Assembly (NCBI GenBank): GCA_031409275.1
Contig: JANNXA010000050.1
Location: 207,682-271,681, forward strand
Reading direction: 5' to 3'
DNA length: 64,000 nucleotides
DNA from: Planctomycetota bacterium
Lineage (GTDB): Bacteria > Planctomycetota > B15-G4 > SIAN01
Positions 47,441 through 56,995 of this stretch are shown here, one piece after another; positions within the stretch are counted from its first letter, which is position 1; every line of letters begins with the position of its first letter. Below the pieces are notes generated by a model that searched no databases, was not told where the DNA came from, and worked only from the letters and a program-made list of their open reading frames with translations. Made by a program: the position numbers and the translations under genes.

Positions 47441-47712
47441 GCGCCGCCTCCCAGCCGCCCGAGGCTCATCAGGATGCGCGTGGTGAACTCGACGAACTGG
47501 CGCAGGATCCACGGCAGCAGCACGAACAGCGCCGCCACCAGCGTCAGCAGCTTCGGGATCATCGCGACCGTCTGCTCCTGCAAGCTCGTCAGCGCCTGCA
47601 GCAACGCGACCACGACGCCCACCACCAGGCTCACGCCGAGGATCGGCGCAGCGATCAGCAGTGCTTCGAGCAGCACCTCGCGCGACAACGCGATGGCGGT
47701 GTTGGTATCCAC
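47437..47712 (-). CDS. fliQ: Flagellar export protein FliQ
   Basis: PILGVSLVVGVVVALLQALTSLQEQTVAMIPKL. Confidence 0.95.
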   Translation of the reverse strand: MDTNTAIALSREVLLEALLIAAPILGVSLVVGVVVALLQALTSLQEQTVAMIPKLLTLVAALFVLLPWILRQFVEFTTRILMSLGRLGGGA

Positions 47713-47713
47713 G

Positions 47714-48553
47714 TCAGGTCGCCAACCCGCGCCAGATCTGCTGGATCACCAACCCCCACCCATCGACCAGCACGAACAGCAGGATCTTGAGCGGCGTCGC
47801 GATCAGCATCGGCGGGAGCATGTACATGCCCATCGCCAGCAGGATGCTCGACACGACGAGGTCGATGACGAGGAACGGGAGGTAGAGCACGAAGCCCATC
47901 TGGAAGGCGGTGCGCAGCTCGGAAACGATGAAGGCCGGCACCGCGACGGTCAGCGGCATGTCGGTCGGCCCCTCGACCGGCTCGGTCTCCGTCAGCTCCA
48001 TGAAGAGCGCGAGGTCCTGTTCGCGAGCGTGGGCGAGGAGGAAGCGCTTGAGCTCGCCGCTCGCCGCGTCGGCCGCCTCGGCGAACGCCATGCGCCCCGC
48101 GAGGTAGGGCTCGATCGCCTTGGCGTGGATCGCCTTCCCGGTCGGAGCCATCACGGCACCGGTGAGGAAGAGCGCCATGCCGATCAGCACCGGATTGGGC
48201 GGCAGCTCGGGCGTCGACATCGCGCGCCGCACGAACGACATGACGATGATCACCCGCGAGAAGCAGGTGACGGTCAGCAGCAGCGGCGGCAGCAACGACA
48301 GGAACGTGAGGAGGACGACGATCTCGACCGCCGTCGAGAGGTCGCGTCCGCCGCCTTCGCCTTCGGAGCGCGAATCGGTACCGACGCGCACCGGGAAGAT
48401 GCGGGACAGCAGCGACTCGGGCCGTTGCGGCGTGGCGGGCACCGCCGCGCCATCCTGCGTCGCCGTCGGCTCCGGCGCCTGACACGGCGCCACCGCCGCC
48501 AGCGGGCCGGCGGCGAGGAAGGCGAGCAGCAGCAGGCGCACGACGAGGTTCAC
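47714..48553 (-). CDS. fliP: Flagellar export protein FliP
   Basis: PPNPVLIGMALFLT, PAFIVSELRTAFQMGF, LLFVLVDGW. Confidence 0.96.
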   Translation of the reverse strand: MNLVVRLLLLAFLAAGPLAAVAPCQAPEPTATQDGAAVPATPQRPESLLSRIFPVRVGTDSRSEGEGGGRDLSTAVEIVVLLTFLSLLPPLLLTVTCFSRVIIVMSFVRRAMSTPELPPNPVLIGMALFLTGAVMAPTGKAIHAKAIEPYLAGRMAFAEAADAASGELKRFLLAHAREQDLALFMELTETEPVEGPTDMPLTVAVPAFIVSELRTAFQMGFVLYLPFLVIDLVVSSILLAMGMYMLPPMLIATPLKILLFVLVDGWGLVIQQIWRGLAT

Positions 48554-49095
48554 CGCGGAAGCTCCGAGGTGACTGCCCGCGACGATGACGGCGCGGACGC
48601 GGCGGGGACGGCGAGTTCCTCCGCCAGAGCGCGAGAGAAGGGCGCGCCGCCGAGTTCGCAGAGCATCGAGAGCCCCGCCTCAGACGAGCCCACCAGCACC
48701 TGCCGGCCGTCGACGCGCACGAGGAGCAGAGCGCGACGACCGCCAAGCGGCCGCGCCTCGACCACCTCGATCGCCCCGCGGCCGCGAGCCGCCGAAGTGA
48801 CGCGGCGCGCCACGAGCGGGAGCGCGGCGATCAGTCCACCCACCACGAGCAGGGCGCCAGCGAGCGCACCGGCGTCGATCGGAAGGGGGTTGCCCGTCAG
48901 CGAGCCGATCGGCGCCGTTGCCACTGGCGCCGTCTCCGTCGCACGATCCGCCGACCCCTTCGTGAGCTGGAAGCAGAGCGCCCCCGCCAGGAGCAGGGCG
49001 AGCGGCAGGACGAAGCGCCAGGCGCCGGCGCTCTGGCGCAGGCGGGCGAGCCGCGGCGCGGCAAACAGAGCCGTTCCTGGTACAGCGAAAGCCAT
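48550..49095 (-). CDS. fliO: Flagellar biosynthesis protein FliO
   Basis: GGAGG RBS; TM, then IEVVEARPLGGRRALLLVRVDGRQVLVGSS. Confidence 0.85.
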   Translation of the reverse strand: MAFAVPGTALFAAPRLARLRQSAGAWRFVLPLALLLAGALCFQLTKGSADRATETAPVATAPIGSLTGNPLPIDAGALAGALLVVGGLIAALPLVARRVTSAARGRGAIEVVEARPLGGRRALLLVRVDGRQVLVGSSEAGLSMLCELGGAPFSRALAEELAVPAASAPSSSRAVTSELPR

Positions 49096-49380
49096 CTCTT
49101 CCTCCCTCGCGCCGCGCAGTGCGCGGCGGTCGCGACTCGCCCGAGGGACGCGGCGTCCACCGGCTGAACGAGTCGTGAAGAAGAGGTCGGAAGTTCCTGC
49201 CTCTGGCTTTAGAAAAACGTTCCGAGCGGGCGGTCTGCGAGCCCTCGCCCCCCGTGCCACACGTGGCCGCAATCGGCCGAAAGGCACCACACTCGGAAAG
49301 AAGCTCGCGCTTTGACCGGTCGACCCGCGTTCGAACAGGAAAAGAGCGAGCGCACCCCTGAATTCGCCCTTGCACCCCCC

Positions 49381-49409
49381 TTGATCCCGATTGGACCCCA
49401 CCGAACAAC
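49381..49409 (+). promoter_or_regulatory. Putative sigma28 promoter of fliC2
   Basis: TTGA-N15-ACCGAACAAC; identical boxes occur upstream of fliD. Confidence 0.65.
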
Positions 49410-49491
49410 TCGGCCGGTTGGGGCGGCGGAACCCCACCTTCGGAGACCTGGTCGGTCCTCCGGACATTGGTCCGCGGGGGGTTTGGTATCC

Positions 49492-50319
49492 ATGGCACTT
49501 CGAATCAATCAGAACATCGGGTCGATCAACGCCCAGCGCGGGCTGGCCCAGGTTGCGTCGCGGCTGGACAAGAACTTCCAGCACCTGACCACGGGCTTGC
49601 GCATCGCGACGGCGTCGGATGACGCCGCCGGTCTCGGCATCTCCGAGCGGCTCCGGGCGCAGACGCGCTCCCTCGGTCAGGCTCAGCGCAATGCCAACGA
49701 CGGCATCTCGCTGGTGCAGACGGCCGAAGGCGCCCTGAACGAAGTCAGCAGCATCCTGATCCGCATGCGCGAGCTCTCGATCCAGTCCAACAACGGCACG
49801 GCCTCGGCCGGCGACAAGGACACGCTCGACCAGGAGTTCCAGGACCTCATCTCCGAAGTCGACCGCATCAGCCAGTCGACCGAGTTCAACACGATCAAGC
49901 TGCTCGATGGCTCGCAGTCGACCGTCGCCTTCCAGATCGGTGCGGGCACGGCCGGCAGCGACACCATCTCGGTCGACCTCAACTCCGCGCTCGCCTCCGA
50001 CCTCGGCATCGGCTCGCTCGACATCAGCTCGGCGGGTTCGCCGACCGGCGCGATCACGGCGATCGACAGCGCGATCGACTCGGTGAGCTCGCTGCGTGGC
50101 GACCTCGGCGCAGCGCAGAACCGCCTGTCCTCGACGATCTCGAACATCGGCGTGAGCATCGAATCGCTCTCCGCCGCTGAGTCGCGCATCCGCGACGTCG
50201 ACGTCGCCTTCGAGACCGCGGACCTGACGCGCAACTCGATCCTGCAGCAGGCGGCGCTCTCGATCCTGTCGCAGGCCAACCAGCAGCCGCAGTCGGCTCT
50301 CTCCCTCCTCCAGGGCTAA
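49492..50319 (+). CDS. fliC: Flagellin (275 aa, minimal)
   Basis: [57 protein letters not shown]. Confidence 0.97.
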   Translation: MALRINQNIGSINAQRGLAQVASRLDKNFQHLTTGLRIATASDDAAGLGISERLRAQTRSLGQAQRNANDGISLVQTAEGALNEVSSILIRMRELSIQSNNGTASAGDKDTLDQEFQDLISEVDRISQSTEFNTIKLLDGSQSTVAFQIGAGTAGSDTISVDLNSALASDLGIGSLDISSAGSPTGAITAIDSAIDSVSSLRGDLGAAQNRLSSTISNIGVSIESLSAAESRIRDVDVAFETADLTRNSILQQAALSILSQANQQPQSALSLLQG

Positions 50320-50482
50320 GAGTCGCGCTGAGGCGGCAACGCCTCGAGGTCGCGTGACGGGAGAGCGGGGCCGATCCCCCGTTCCTCCGTCGCGCGCTCC
50401 TCCGCGGGAGAACGGCCTTCCGGCGCTTGCGCGTCGGGAGGCCGTCGTCGTCTCCGGCTCCCGGGGCGCGCGGCGGCGACAA

Positions 50483-50495
50483 GGAATCTCTTTCC
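50483..50495. promoter_or_regulatory. GGAA-N5-TTCC palindrome upstream of fliD
   Basis: GGAA-TCTCT-TTCC, 6 bp before the -35 box. Confidence 0.6.
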
Positions 50496-50501
50496 GATCG
50501 C

Positions 50502-50530
50502 TTGAGCGCCGGGCGCCGCGACCGAACAAC
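50502..50530 (+). promoter_or_regulatory. Putative sigma28 promoter of fliDST
   Basis: TTGA-N15-ACCGAACAAC. Confidence 0.65.
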
Positions 50531-50583
50531 GAGGTGGACCCGTGGCGCTTCGCGTCGTGGCGTCCACCGTGGAGTTGGCGAGG

Positions 50584-51960
50584 ATGGCAAGTCCGATCAC
50601 GTTCGGGGGCCTGGCTTCAGGGCTCGACACGCAGGGAATCATCGCAGCACTGGTCGGCGTCGAAGGGCGCAAGGTCGACCTGATGCGCACCAAGAGCAGC
50701 GGCTTCCAGCAGAAGATCAACGCCTTCGACGACCTGCAGAAGAAGCTCACCTCGCTGCAGAACGCCCTGAAGAAGCTCGCCGAGCCGGACGAGTTCGTCG
50801 CCACGCAGGTGAAGCTGCCCGACGGCGCGTCCGACTACCTGTCGTTGACGACACGCAGCAACGCACGGGTCGGCACCTACGAGGTCGAGGTCCTCTCGCT
50901 GGCCCAGAGCAGCTTCATCCGCTCCGACGGCTTCGCGGCAACGGACGCGGATCTCGGCGTCGTCGGCACGCTCAGCATCGACGTCGGGGGAACGGTCACC
51001 AACCTCGACATCGACGGCACCAACAACACGCTGAACGGCATCCGTGACGCGATCAACGACGCGGAGATCGGCGCCGTCGCGACCACCGTCTTCGATGGCA
51101 CTGACTGGCATCTCGAGCTGCGCGGCAAGGACGCGGGCGCGGCGAATGCCGTGACGATCGTCTCCGAGCCGGGACTGCCGCCGCCGCAAGGCAATGTGCT
51201 GAACCTCACTTCGCTGCGCACCGCCACCGATGCCAGCTTCGAGATCGACGGTGAGAGCTACACGTCCTCGTCCAACACCGTCGAGGACGCGATCCAGGGC
51301 GTCACGCTGCAACTGCTCGACTCGCCGGTCAGCGGCTCCTCGCCGTTCAAGATCTCGATCACGGAGGATTTCGGGACGATCGAGCAGCGCCTGAAGGACT
51401 TCGTCAGCGAGTACAACAAGGTCATCGACTTCCTGAACGAGCAGTCGAAGCCGCGCGAGGGCGGCGACGACGCGGTCAAGCCGCTGGCCGGCGACAGCGC
51501 GCTGCGCTCGCTGCGCTCGTCGCTCGGGAGCACGGTCAGTGCCGAGAGCAGCGCGGTCACCACCGGCTACACGTCGCTCGGCTCGATCGGCATCAAGACC
51601 GACAACACGGGCAAGCTCTCGCTCGACTCGACCAAGCTCAAGGCGGCGCTTGCCGACGACCTCGACTCAGTCACGAAGATGGTGAGCGACTCGACCACGG
51701 GCATCGGCGCCAAGCTGCTCGACGTCGTCGAACGTCGCACCGACTCGGTCGACGGGGCGATCAAGACGCGCAAGGACGCCTTCCAGGCCTCGATGAAGGA
51801 CCTCGCGCGGCGCATCACCCGCGGCGAGGACCAGCTGACGGTCTTCGAAGACACCATGCGCCGGAAGTTCGCGGCGATGGAGACGCTGGTCGGACGCCTG
51901 CAAACGCAGGGCAACTCGCTCAGCTCGCTCAACCTGGGCAACAGCAGCAACCGCAACTGA
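50584..51960 (+). CDS. fliD: Flagellar filament cap protein FliD
   Basis: ITFGGLASGLDTQGII, SNTVEDAIQGVTLQL, FVSEYN, KFAAME. Confidence 0.95.
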   Translation: MASPITFGGLASGLDTQGIIAALVGVEGRKVDLMRTKSSGFQQKINAFDDLQKKLTSLQNALKKLAEPDEFVATQVKLPDGASDYLSLTTRSNARVGTYEVEVLSLAQSSFIRSDGFAATDADLGVVGTLSIDVGGTVTNLDIDGTNNTLNGIRDAINDAEIGAVATTVFDGTDWHLELRGKDAGAANAVTIVSEPGLPPPQGNVLNLTSLRTATDASFEIDGESYTSSSNTVEDAIQGVTLQLLDSPVSGSSPFKISITEDFGTIEQRLKDFVSEYNKVIDFLNEQSKPREGGDDAVKPLAGDSALRSLRSSLGSTVSAESSAVTTGYTSLGSIGIKTDNTGKLSLDSTKLKAALADDLDSVTKMVSDSTTGIGAKLLDVVERRTDSVDGAIKTRKDAFQASMKDLARRITRGEDQLTVFEDTMRRKFAAMETLVGRLQTQGNSLSSLNLGNSSNRN

Positions 51961-52000
51961 TCGTCGTCGCACGGCGACGACCGCTCCACCGGAGGAATGG

Positions 52001-52372
52001 ATGACGACGGCCTACCAGGCGTACCAGCAGGACACGGTGTTCGCGATGCCGCCCGAGCAGTTGCTGCTGCGCATCTACGAAGCGCTGCTGCGACGCATCG
52101 AGGAGGCGAAGCGTGCCATCGGCTCCAACGATCGCGCCCGCGCCGGTGTCGCGATCAGCAAGTCGCTGGCGATCGTCTCCGCCTTGCGCGAGGCGCTCGA
52201 CCCGTCGCACGGCGCGGAGTGCGTGCCGAAGCTCGATCAGCTCTATCGCACGGTCAGCACCTGGCTGGTCGAGGCGAACATGCACCAGTCCCCGCAGCTG
52301 CTCGATTCGAGCCGCCGCGTGATCGGCACGCTGAAGGAGGGCTGGGATGCCGCTGTCCTCTCCCTGCGCTGA
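52001..52372 (+). CDS. fliS: Flagellin chaperone FliS
   Basis: AYQAYQQ..PEQLLLRIYE, LDQLY, LKEGW. Confidence 0.92.
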   Translation: MTTAYQAYQQDTVFAMPPEQLLLRIYEALLRRIEEAKRAIGSNDRARAGVAISKSLAIVSALREALDPSHGAECVPKLDQLYRTVSTWLVEANMHQSPQLLDSSRRVIGTLKEGWDAAVLSLR

Positions 52373-52721
52373 GCTCGAACAGCTCGCCGGCGTCGAGTCG
52401 GCGTGGCGCGACGCACTCTCGTTCGTCGGTGCCGGCGAAGTCGAAGCGGCCGCCGCGGCCGTCGAGGCCGCCGGACGCGCGCTCGCGGCGCTGCCGTCGT
52501 CGGCGGAGCTGCGCGCTCGCCTCGACGCCGATCAGCTCGCCGCGTTCGCCGCGCGAACCGAGCGGCTCTTCGCGCTGCATGCTCAGCTCCTGAAGCAAAG
52601 CGATCAGCAGCTCGAGAGCCTTGCGAAGGAGATCTCGGGGGCCGGCCGCGGCCGCACCACGCTCGCCGCCTATGGAGCGAACGTCCCCGCTCGGCACTGC
52701 GCCTGCGACGCCACCGCATGA
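52347..52721 (+). CDS. FliT-like chaperone
   Basis: Helical protein of about 124 aa after fliS with a C-terminal ..LAAYG.. motif. Mainly a positional call. Confidence 0.55.
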   Translation: MPLSSPCAELEQLAGVESAWRDALSFVGAGEVEAAAAAVEAAGRALAALPSSAELRARLDADQLAAFAARTERLFALHAQLLKQSDQQLESLAKEISGAGRGRTTLAAYGANVPARHCACDATA

Positions 52722-52743
52722 GCCGCCGGCCACGCGACGGCGA

Positions 52744-53994
52744 TCAGCGGCGCGCGTAGAGCAGGACGACCGCCTCGCGGCCATCCTCGAGCTGCACCAG
52801 CAGCGCGAGGCGGCTGGATCGCGCGAAGGCGCGACCACCGAGCCGGATCGCCCCCACGCGGCTGCCCGCGAGCGGCGCCCCGACTGGCAGCAGTTCGGTG
52901 ATGTGGAGAGCGTCCGGTCCGACGCAGAGTGCCGTGCCGCCATCCTTGCGATGGCCGACGAAGGCCACGCGGCCGGCGCCGTCGATCGCAATGCCGGCGT
53001 CGATCGCGCTGAACCCCGCGCTGCCGTCGATCGCCACCTGCGGCTGCGAGCGGCCGGCCCCGCCGCGGTAGATCGCGGTCGCGCCATCGGCTCCCCAAGT
53101 GACGAACGCGCACTCGCCAGAGTCGTTCAGCGTCGGCGGCCCGTAGCGCTCCGCCGGCTCGCCGCGCGTCGTCGCCAAAGACTGCGCGAACGCGCCGGCG
53201 TCGAGGCGCACGCTCCAATGCGCCACCTGGCCGCACGCTCGATAGGCCAGCGCGCCGGCCGAATTCAGCGCGAAGCCGTCCTGCACGTCGAGCAGCAGAG
53301 CGCCGCTGCGCGCGACCACGCGCAGCTTGCCACCGCGCTCGGAGAAGAGCCCAGCCTCGAAGCTGGGCTGGCGCCCGCCGTAGGTGAGCCGCATCGGCGG
53401 CGGCAGCCGATCGGGCGCGTGGAGGGCGTCCTCCTCATTGGCGGGTTTCAGGCCGTCGTCGCGATCGGGATGGCCGGGCGGGTCGATGGTCGCATGGAAC
53501 GCGACCTCGCCGGCACGGTTGATCTCCACCTGCGGACCGAACTCGCGGAACGCCTCGGTCGAGTTCGCCACGAACTCGAAGCGTCGCGCGAAGGCGTCGG
53601 CCACCACGATCGCGGCGAGACCGTCTGCGAAGCTCGCCCGGAAGGCGACCTGGTTCTCGTCGTTGACGCTCGGCAGCTCGCCGATCGACTCGAGAGCGAA
53701 GCTGGCGTCGGCCGTGCGCAGCGTCGTGCCGGTGGCCAGCAACGGCTGCGCGGGGCCGCCCGAAGAGGTGAGCAGCGCCGCGCCGCCCCCCTTCTTGCGC
53801 GCATGGAAGACGACGAATCCCGCTTCGCACGTCGCCGGTTCGGAGAAGCCGACGAACTCGCCGCCGCTCGCCGCCAGCACGACCGTGTCGATCCGCAACG
53901 GTCGCGGCGGCTCCGCCTCCTGGGCAGACGCCGCCGCATTCGCGATCAGCAAGAGAAACGCGGCGAAGGGACGCCCCACCGCGATCCGCATCAT
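52744..53994 (-). CDS. Secreted protein with NxxGxxAF tandem repeats (probable beta-propeller)
   Basis: Signal peptide (AFLLLIANAAASA|Q); repeats VNDENQVAF, INRAGEVAF, LNSAGALAY, LNDSGECAF, IDGAGRVAF. Confidence 0.8.
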   Translation of the reverse strand: MMRIAVGRPFAAFLLLIANAAASAQEAEPPRPLRIDTVVLAASGGEFVGFSEPATCEAGFVVFHARKKGGGAALLTSSGGPAQPLLATGTTLRTADASFALESIGELPSVNDENQVAFRASFADGLAAIVVADAFARRFEFVANSTEAFREFGPQVEINRAGEVAFHATIDPPGHPDRDDGLKPANEEDALHAPDRLPPPMRLTYGGRQPSFEAGLFSERGGKLRVVARSGALLLDVQDGFALNSAGALAYRACGQVAHWSVRLDAGAFAQSLATTRGEPAERYGPPTLNDSGECAFVTWGADGATAIYRGGAGRSQPQVAIDGSAGFSAIDAGIAIDGAGRVAFVGHRKDGGTALCVGPDALHITELLPVGAPLAGSRVGAIRLGGRAFARSSRLALLVQLEDGREAVVLLYARR

Positions 53995-56558
53995 CAACCC
54001 TTCGCCGTCTCGACCGGCTTCTGGGACTCCATCGCCTCGAAGTGGAGCGTGTCGCCAACCAACGTCACCCGGATCAACTCCTTGCCGCGGAAGTCGCCGC
54101 GCAGGATCGATTCCGACATCGGGTCTTCGAGCATCCGCTCGACCGCCCGGCGCAACGGACGCGCGCCGAAGTCGAGGTTGGTCCCCTTGTCGATCAGATG
54201 CTCGCGCGCCTCGGCCGTGAGCTCGAGGAGGAGCCCCTTCTCCTGCAAGCGGTCGCGAACCTCCTGCAGCTGCACGTCGAGGATCGCGGCCATGTTCTCC
54301 CGCGTGAGCGGATGGAACACGATCACTTCGTCGAGGCGGTTCACGAACTCGGGGCGGAAGAACTTCTCGACCTCGCCCATCAACTGCTCGCGCATCGCGT
54401 CGTAGGCGTGGTCCGCGCTGACCTTGTGGAAGCCGAGCGAGCTCTGGTTCTTGATGATCGAGGCGCCGATGTTCGACGTCATGATCAGGACGACGTTGCG
54501 GAAGTCGATGTTGCGGCCGAACGAGTCGGTGAGGTGCCCCTCTTCCATGATCTGGAGGAGCATGTTGAAGATGTCGCCGTGCGCCTTCTCGACCTCGTCG
54601 AGCAGCACCACGCTGTAGGGCCGGCGGCGGACCTTCTCGGTGAGCTGGCCGCCCTCCTCGTAGCCGACGTAGCCCGGCGGCGCGCCGACGAGCCGCGAGG
54701 CGTTGTGCTTCTCCATGTACTCGGACATGTCGATCTGGATCAGCGCGTCCTCGTTCCCGAACATGAACTTGGCGAGCTGCTTGCACAGATGCGTCTTGCC
54801 GACGCCGGTGGGCCCGAGGAAGAGGAACGAGCCGGTCGGCCGCTTGGGGCTCTTCAGCCCCGAACGCGCGCGGCGGATCGCCCGCGAGATCGACTTGATC
54901 GCCTCGTCCTGCGAGATGACGGCGCGGTGGAGCTCGTCCTCCATCTTGAGCAGGCGATCGGCTTCGCCCTTCTCGAGGCGCGTGACCGGGACGCCGGTGA
55001 TCTTCGCGACCGTCTCCGCGATCACGTCTTCGTCGACGGTGCCGTCGACTTCCTTGCTGTTGGCGCGCCACTGCTTCTGCAGCTCGTCACGCTGCTTGCG
55101 CATCTTGTCGGCCTGGTCGCGCAGGTAGGCGGCGCGCTCGAAGTCCTGCGCCGCGACGCACTCCTCCTTCTCCTTGTCGAGGAGCGCGATCTTCTCGGCG
55201 AGTTCCTTGAGGTCGGTCGGCTGGGTGAGCGCCTTGAGGCGGACGCGTGCACCGGCCTCGTCGAGGACGTCGATCGCCTTGTCCGGCATGAAGCGGCCGG
55301 TGATGTAGCGGTTGGCCAGCTCGACGGCGAGCTCGAGCGCGCCATCGGTGATCTGCACGCGGTGGTGCGCTTCGTAGCGGTCGCGCAGCCCCTTCAGGAT
55401 CTCGAGCGTCTCTTCGCGCGTGGCCGGTTCGACCATCACCGACTGGAAGCGCCGTTCGAGGGCGCCATCCTTCTCGATGTACTTGCGGTACTCGTCGAGC
55501 GTCGTGGCGCCGATGCACTGCACCTCGCCGCGCGAGAGCGACGGCTTCAGGACGTTGCTGGCGTCGATCGCCCCTTCGGCGCCGCCCGCTCCGACGAGCG
55601 TGTGGAGCTCGTCGATGAAGAGGATGATGTTCTTCGCGCGGCGGACCTCGGTCATCACCGCCTTGATGCGCTCCTCGAACTGGCCGCGGTACTTCGTGCC
55701 GGCGACCATCATCGCGAGGTCGAGGACCACGATCCGCTTGTCGGCGAGGATCTCCGGCACGTTGCCGGCGACGATGTCCTGCGCGAGCCCTTCGACGATG
55801 GCGGTCTTGCCGACGCCCGCTTCGCCGAGCAGCACCGGGTTGTTCTTGGTGCGACGGCAGAGGATCTGCATCACGCGCTCGATCTCGCGCCGGCGACCGA
55901 TCACCGGGTCGAGCTTGCCTTCGCGCGCCATGACGGTGAGGTCGCGCCCGAACGCGTTCAGCGCAGGCGTCTTGCCCTTGCCGCCCGCGGCGCCACCGGC
56001 GCTGGCAGCGTCGCCGCCCGCGGCCTCGCCGCCGCCGGCGTTGCCGCCACCGGCCGCTTCGTCGTTCGCACCGGAGCCGCCGCCCTCGCTGCCGCCGCTG
56101 TTGCCGGGGGCGTTGCGCGGATCGGCGCCGAGGAACTCGAGGATCTCGTCGCGCACTTCCTCGAGCTTGACGCCGAGGTTCAGCAGGACGCGCGCGGCGA
56201 TTCCCTCGTTCTCCTTGATCAGCCCGAGCAGGAGGTGCTCGGTGCCGATGTAGTTGTGGCCGAGGTTCGCGGCCTCTTCGACCGCGAGTTCGAGGACCTT
56301 CTTCGCCCGCGGGGTGAAGGGCAGGTTGCCCTGCGTCACCATCGTCGGGCTGCCCTTCACGATCTTCTCGATCTCGGCGCGGATGCGCTTCAGGTCGATG
56401 TTCATGTTCTTCAGGACGTTGGCGGCGACGCCGCTGCCCTCCTGCACCAGGCCGAGCAGGATGTGCTCGGTGCCGATGTACTCGTGGTTCAGGCGCTGCG
56501 CTTCCGCCTTGGCCAGGCCCATGACCTTGCGGGCACGGTCAGTGAATCGGTCGAACAT
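53994..56558 (-). CDS. clpC: ATP-dependent Clp protease ATPase ClpC
   Basis: Two Clp-N repeats, [11 protein letters not shown] middle domain, [25 protein letters not shown]. Confidence 0.97.
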   Translation of the reverse strand: MFDRFTDRARKVMGLAKAEAQRLNHEYIGTEHILLGLVQEGSGVAANVLKNMNIDLKRIRAEIEKIVKGSPTMVTQGNLPFTPRAKKVLELAVEEAANLGHNYIGTEHLLLGLIKENEGIAARVLLNLGVKLEEVRDEILEFLGADPRNAPGNSGGSEGGGSGANDEAAGGGNAGGGEAAGGDAASAGGAAGGKGKTPALNAFGRDLTVMAREGKLDPVIGRRREIERVMQILCRRTKNNPVLLGEAGVGKTAIVEGLAQDIVAGNVPEILADKRIVVLDLAMMVAGTKYRGQFEERIKAVMTEVRRAKNIILFIDELHTLVGAGGAEGAIDASNVLKPSLSRGEVQCIGATTLDEYRKYIEKDGALERRFQSVMVEPATREETLEILKGLRDRYEAHHRVQITDGALELAVELANRYITGRFMPDKAIDVLDEAGARVRLKALTQPTDLKELAEKIALLDKEKEECVAAQDFERAAYLRDQADKMRKQRDELQKQWRANSKEVDGTVDEDVIAETVAKITGVPVTRLEKGEADRLLKMEDELHRAVISQDEAIKSISRAIRRARSGLKSPKRPTGSFLFLGPTGVGKTHLCKQLAKFMFGNEDALIQIDMSEYMEKHNASRLVGAPPGYVGYEEGGQLTEKVRRRPYSVVLLDEVEKAHGDIFNMLLQIMEEGHLTDSFGRNIDFRNVVLIMTSNIGASIIKNQSSLGFHKVSADHAYDAMREQLMGEVEKFFRPEFVNRLDEVIVFHPLTRENMAAILDVQLQEVRDRLQEKGLLLELTAEAREHLIDKGTNLDFGARPLRRAVERMLEDPMSESILRGDFRGKELIRVTLVGDTLHFEAMESQKPVETAKG

Positions 56559-56633
56559 GAGTTGCTCCGTGCGTCGTTGCGCGAACCATCAAGGGCTGTC
56601 GGCGCCATAGCGTGGCGAGCGGAGGCCCGCTGC

Positions 56634-56990
56634 TCAACCACCGGGACGAAGAAGAACGCAACGCGCGCGCCACGGCGAGAAGGAGGAAGCCGCCGGAGCG
56701 CACCCGCGTCGCCACGCCAAGACGGCGGGCGGCGATGCGCCATCGCGACGAAACGTCGGCGTCCATCGACTGGACTGCTCCACCCTCTTGCCGGACTCTG
56801 GTGCGGTCTCCTCGCTAACCCTTCTCGGCACTCGCCGCGCGCGGCTTGAGGCGGGTGGTCGCGGCAGCGGGGTGAGCGCCCCAGCGGCGACGCCCTCCGC
56901 TTCGAGGAGGCCGAGCAGCAGATGCGCCGCGCCGATCGAGGGCTGGCCGAGGCGCCGCGCCGCCGCGCCGCCACGCCTCCACGCCGCCAC
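56634..56990 (-). other. Short ORF or gene relic carrying a single Clp-N repeat
   Basis: GTG 5 bp after the mcsB stop; AARRLGQPSIGAAHLLLGLLEAEGVAAGAL aligns with Clp[31 protein letters not shown]. The rest looks unstructured. Confidence 0.5.
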
Positions 56991-56995
56991 GAGGC

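Noticed and set aside
43384..48553. Non-flagellar (injectisome) T3SS
   Set aside because: Rod, hook, P/L rings, flagellin, FliD and FliO are present, and no secretin or needle genes are seen.
49245..49259. TGGCAC upstream of fliO, and TTGGCAT before fliL, as sigma54 promoters
   Set aside because: No GC at the required -12 position.
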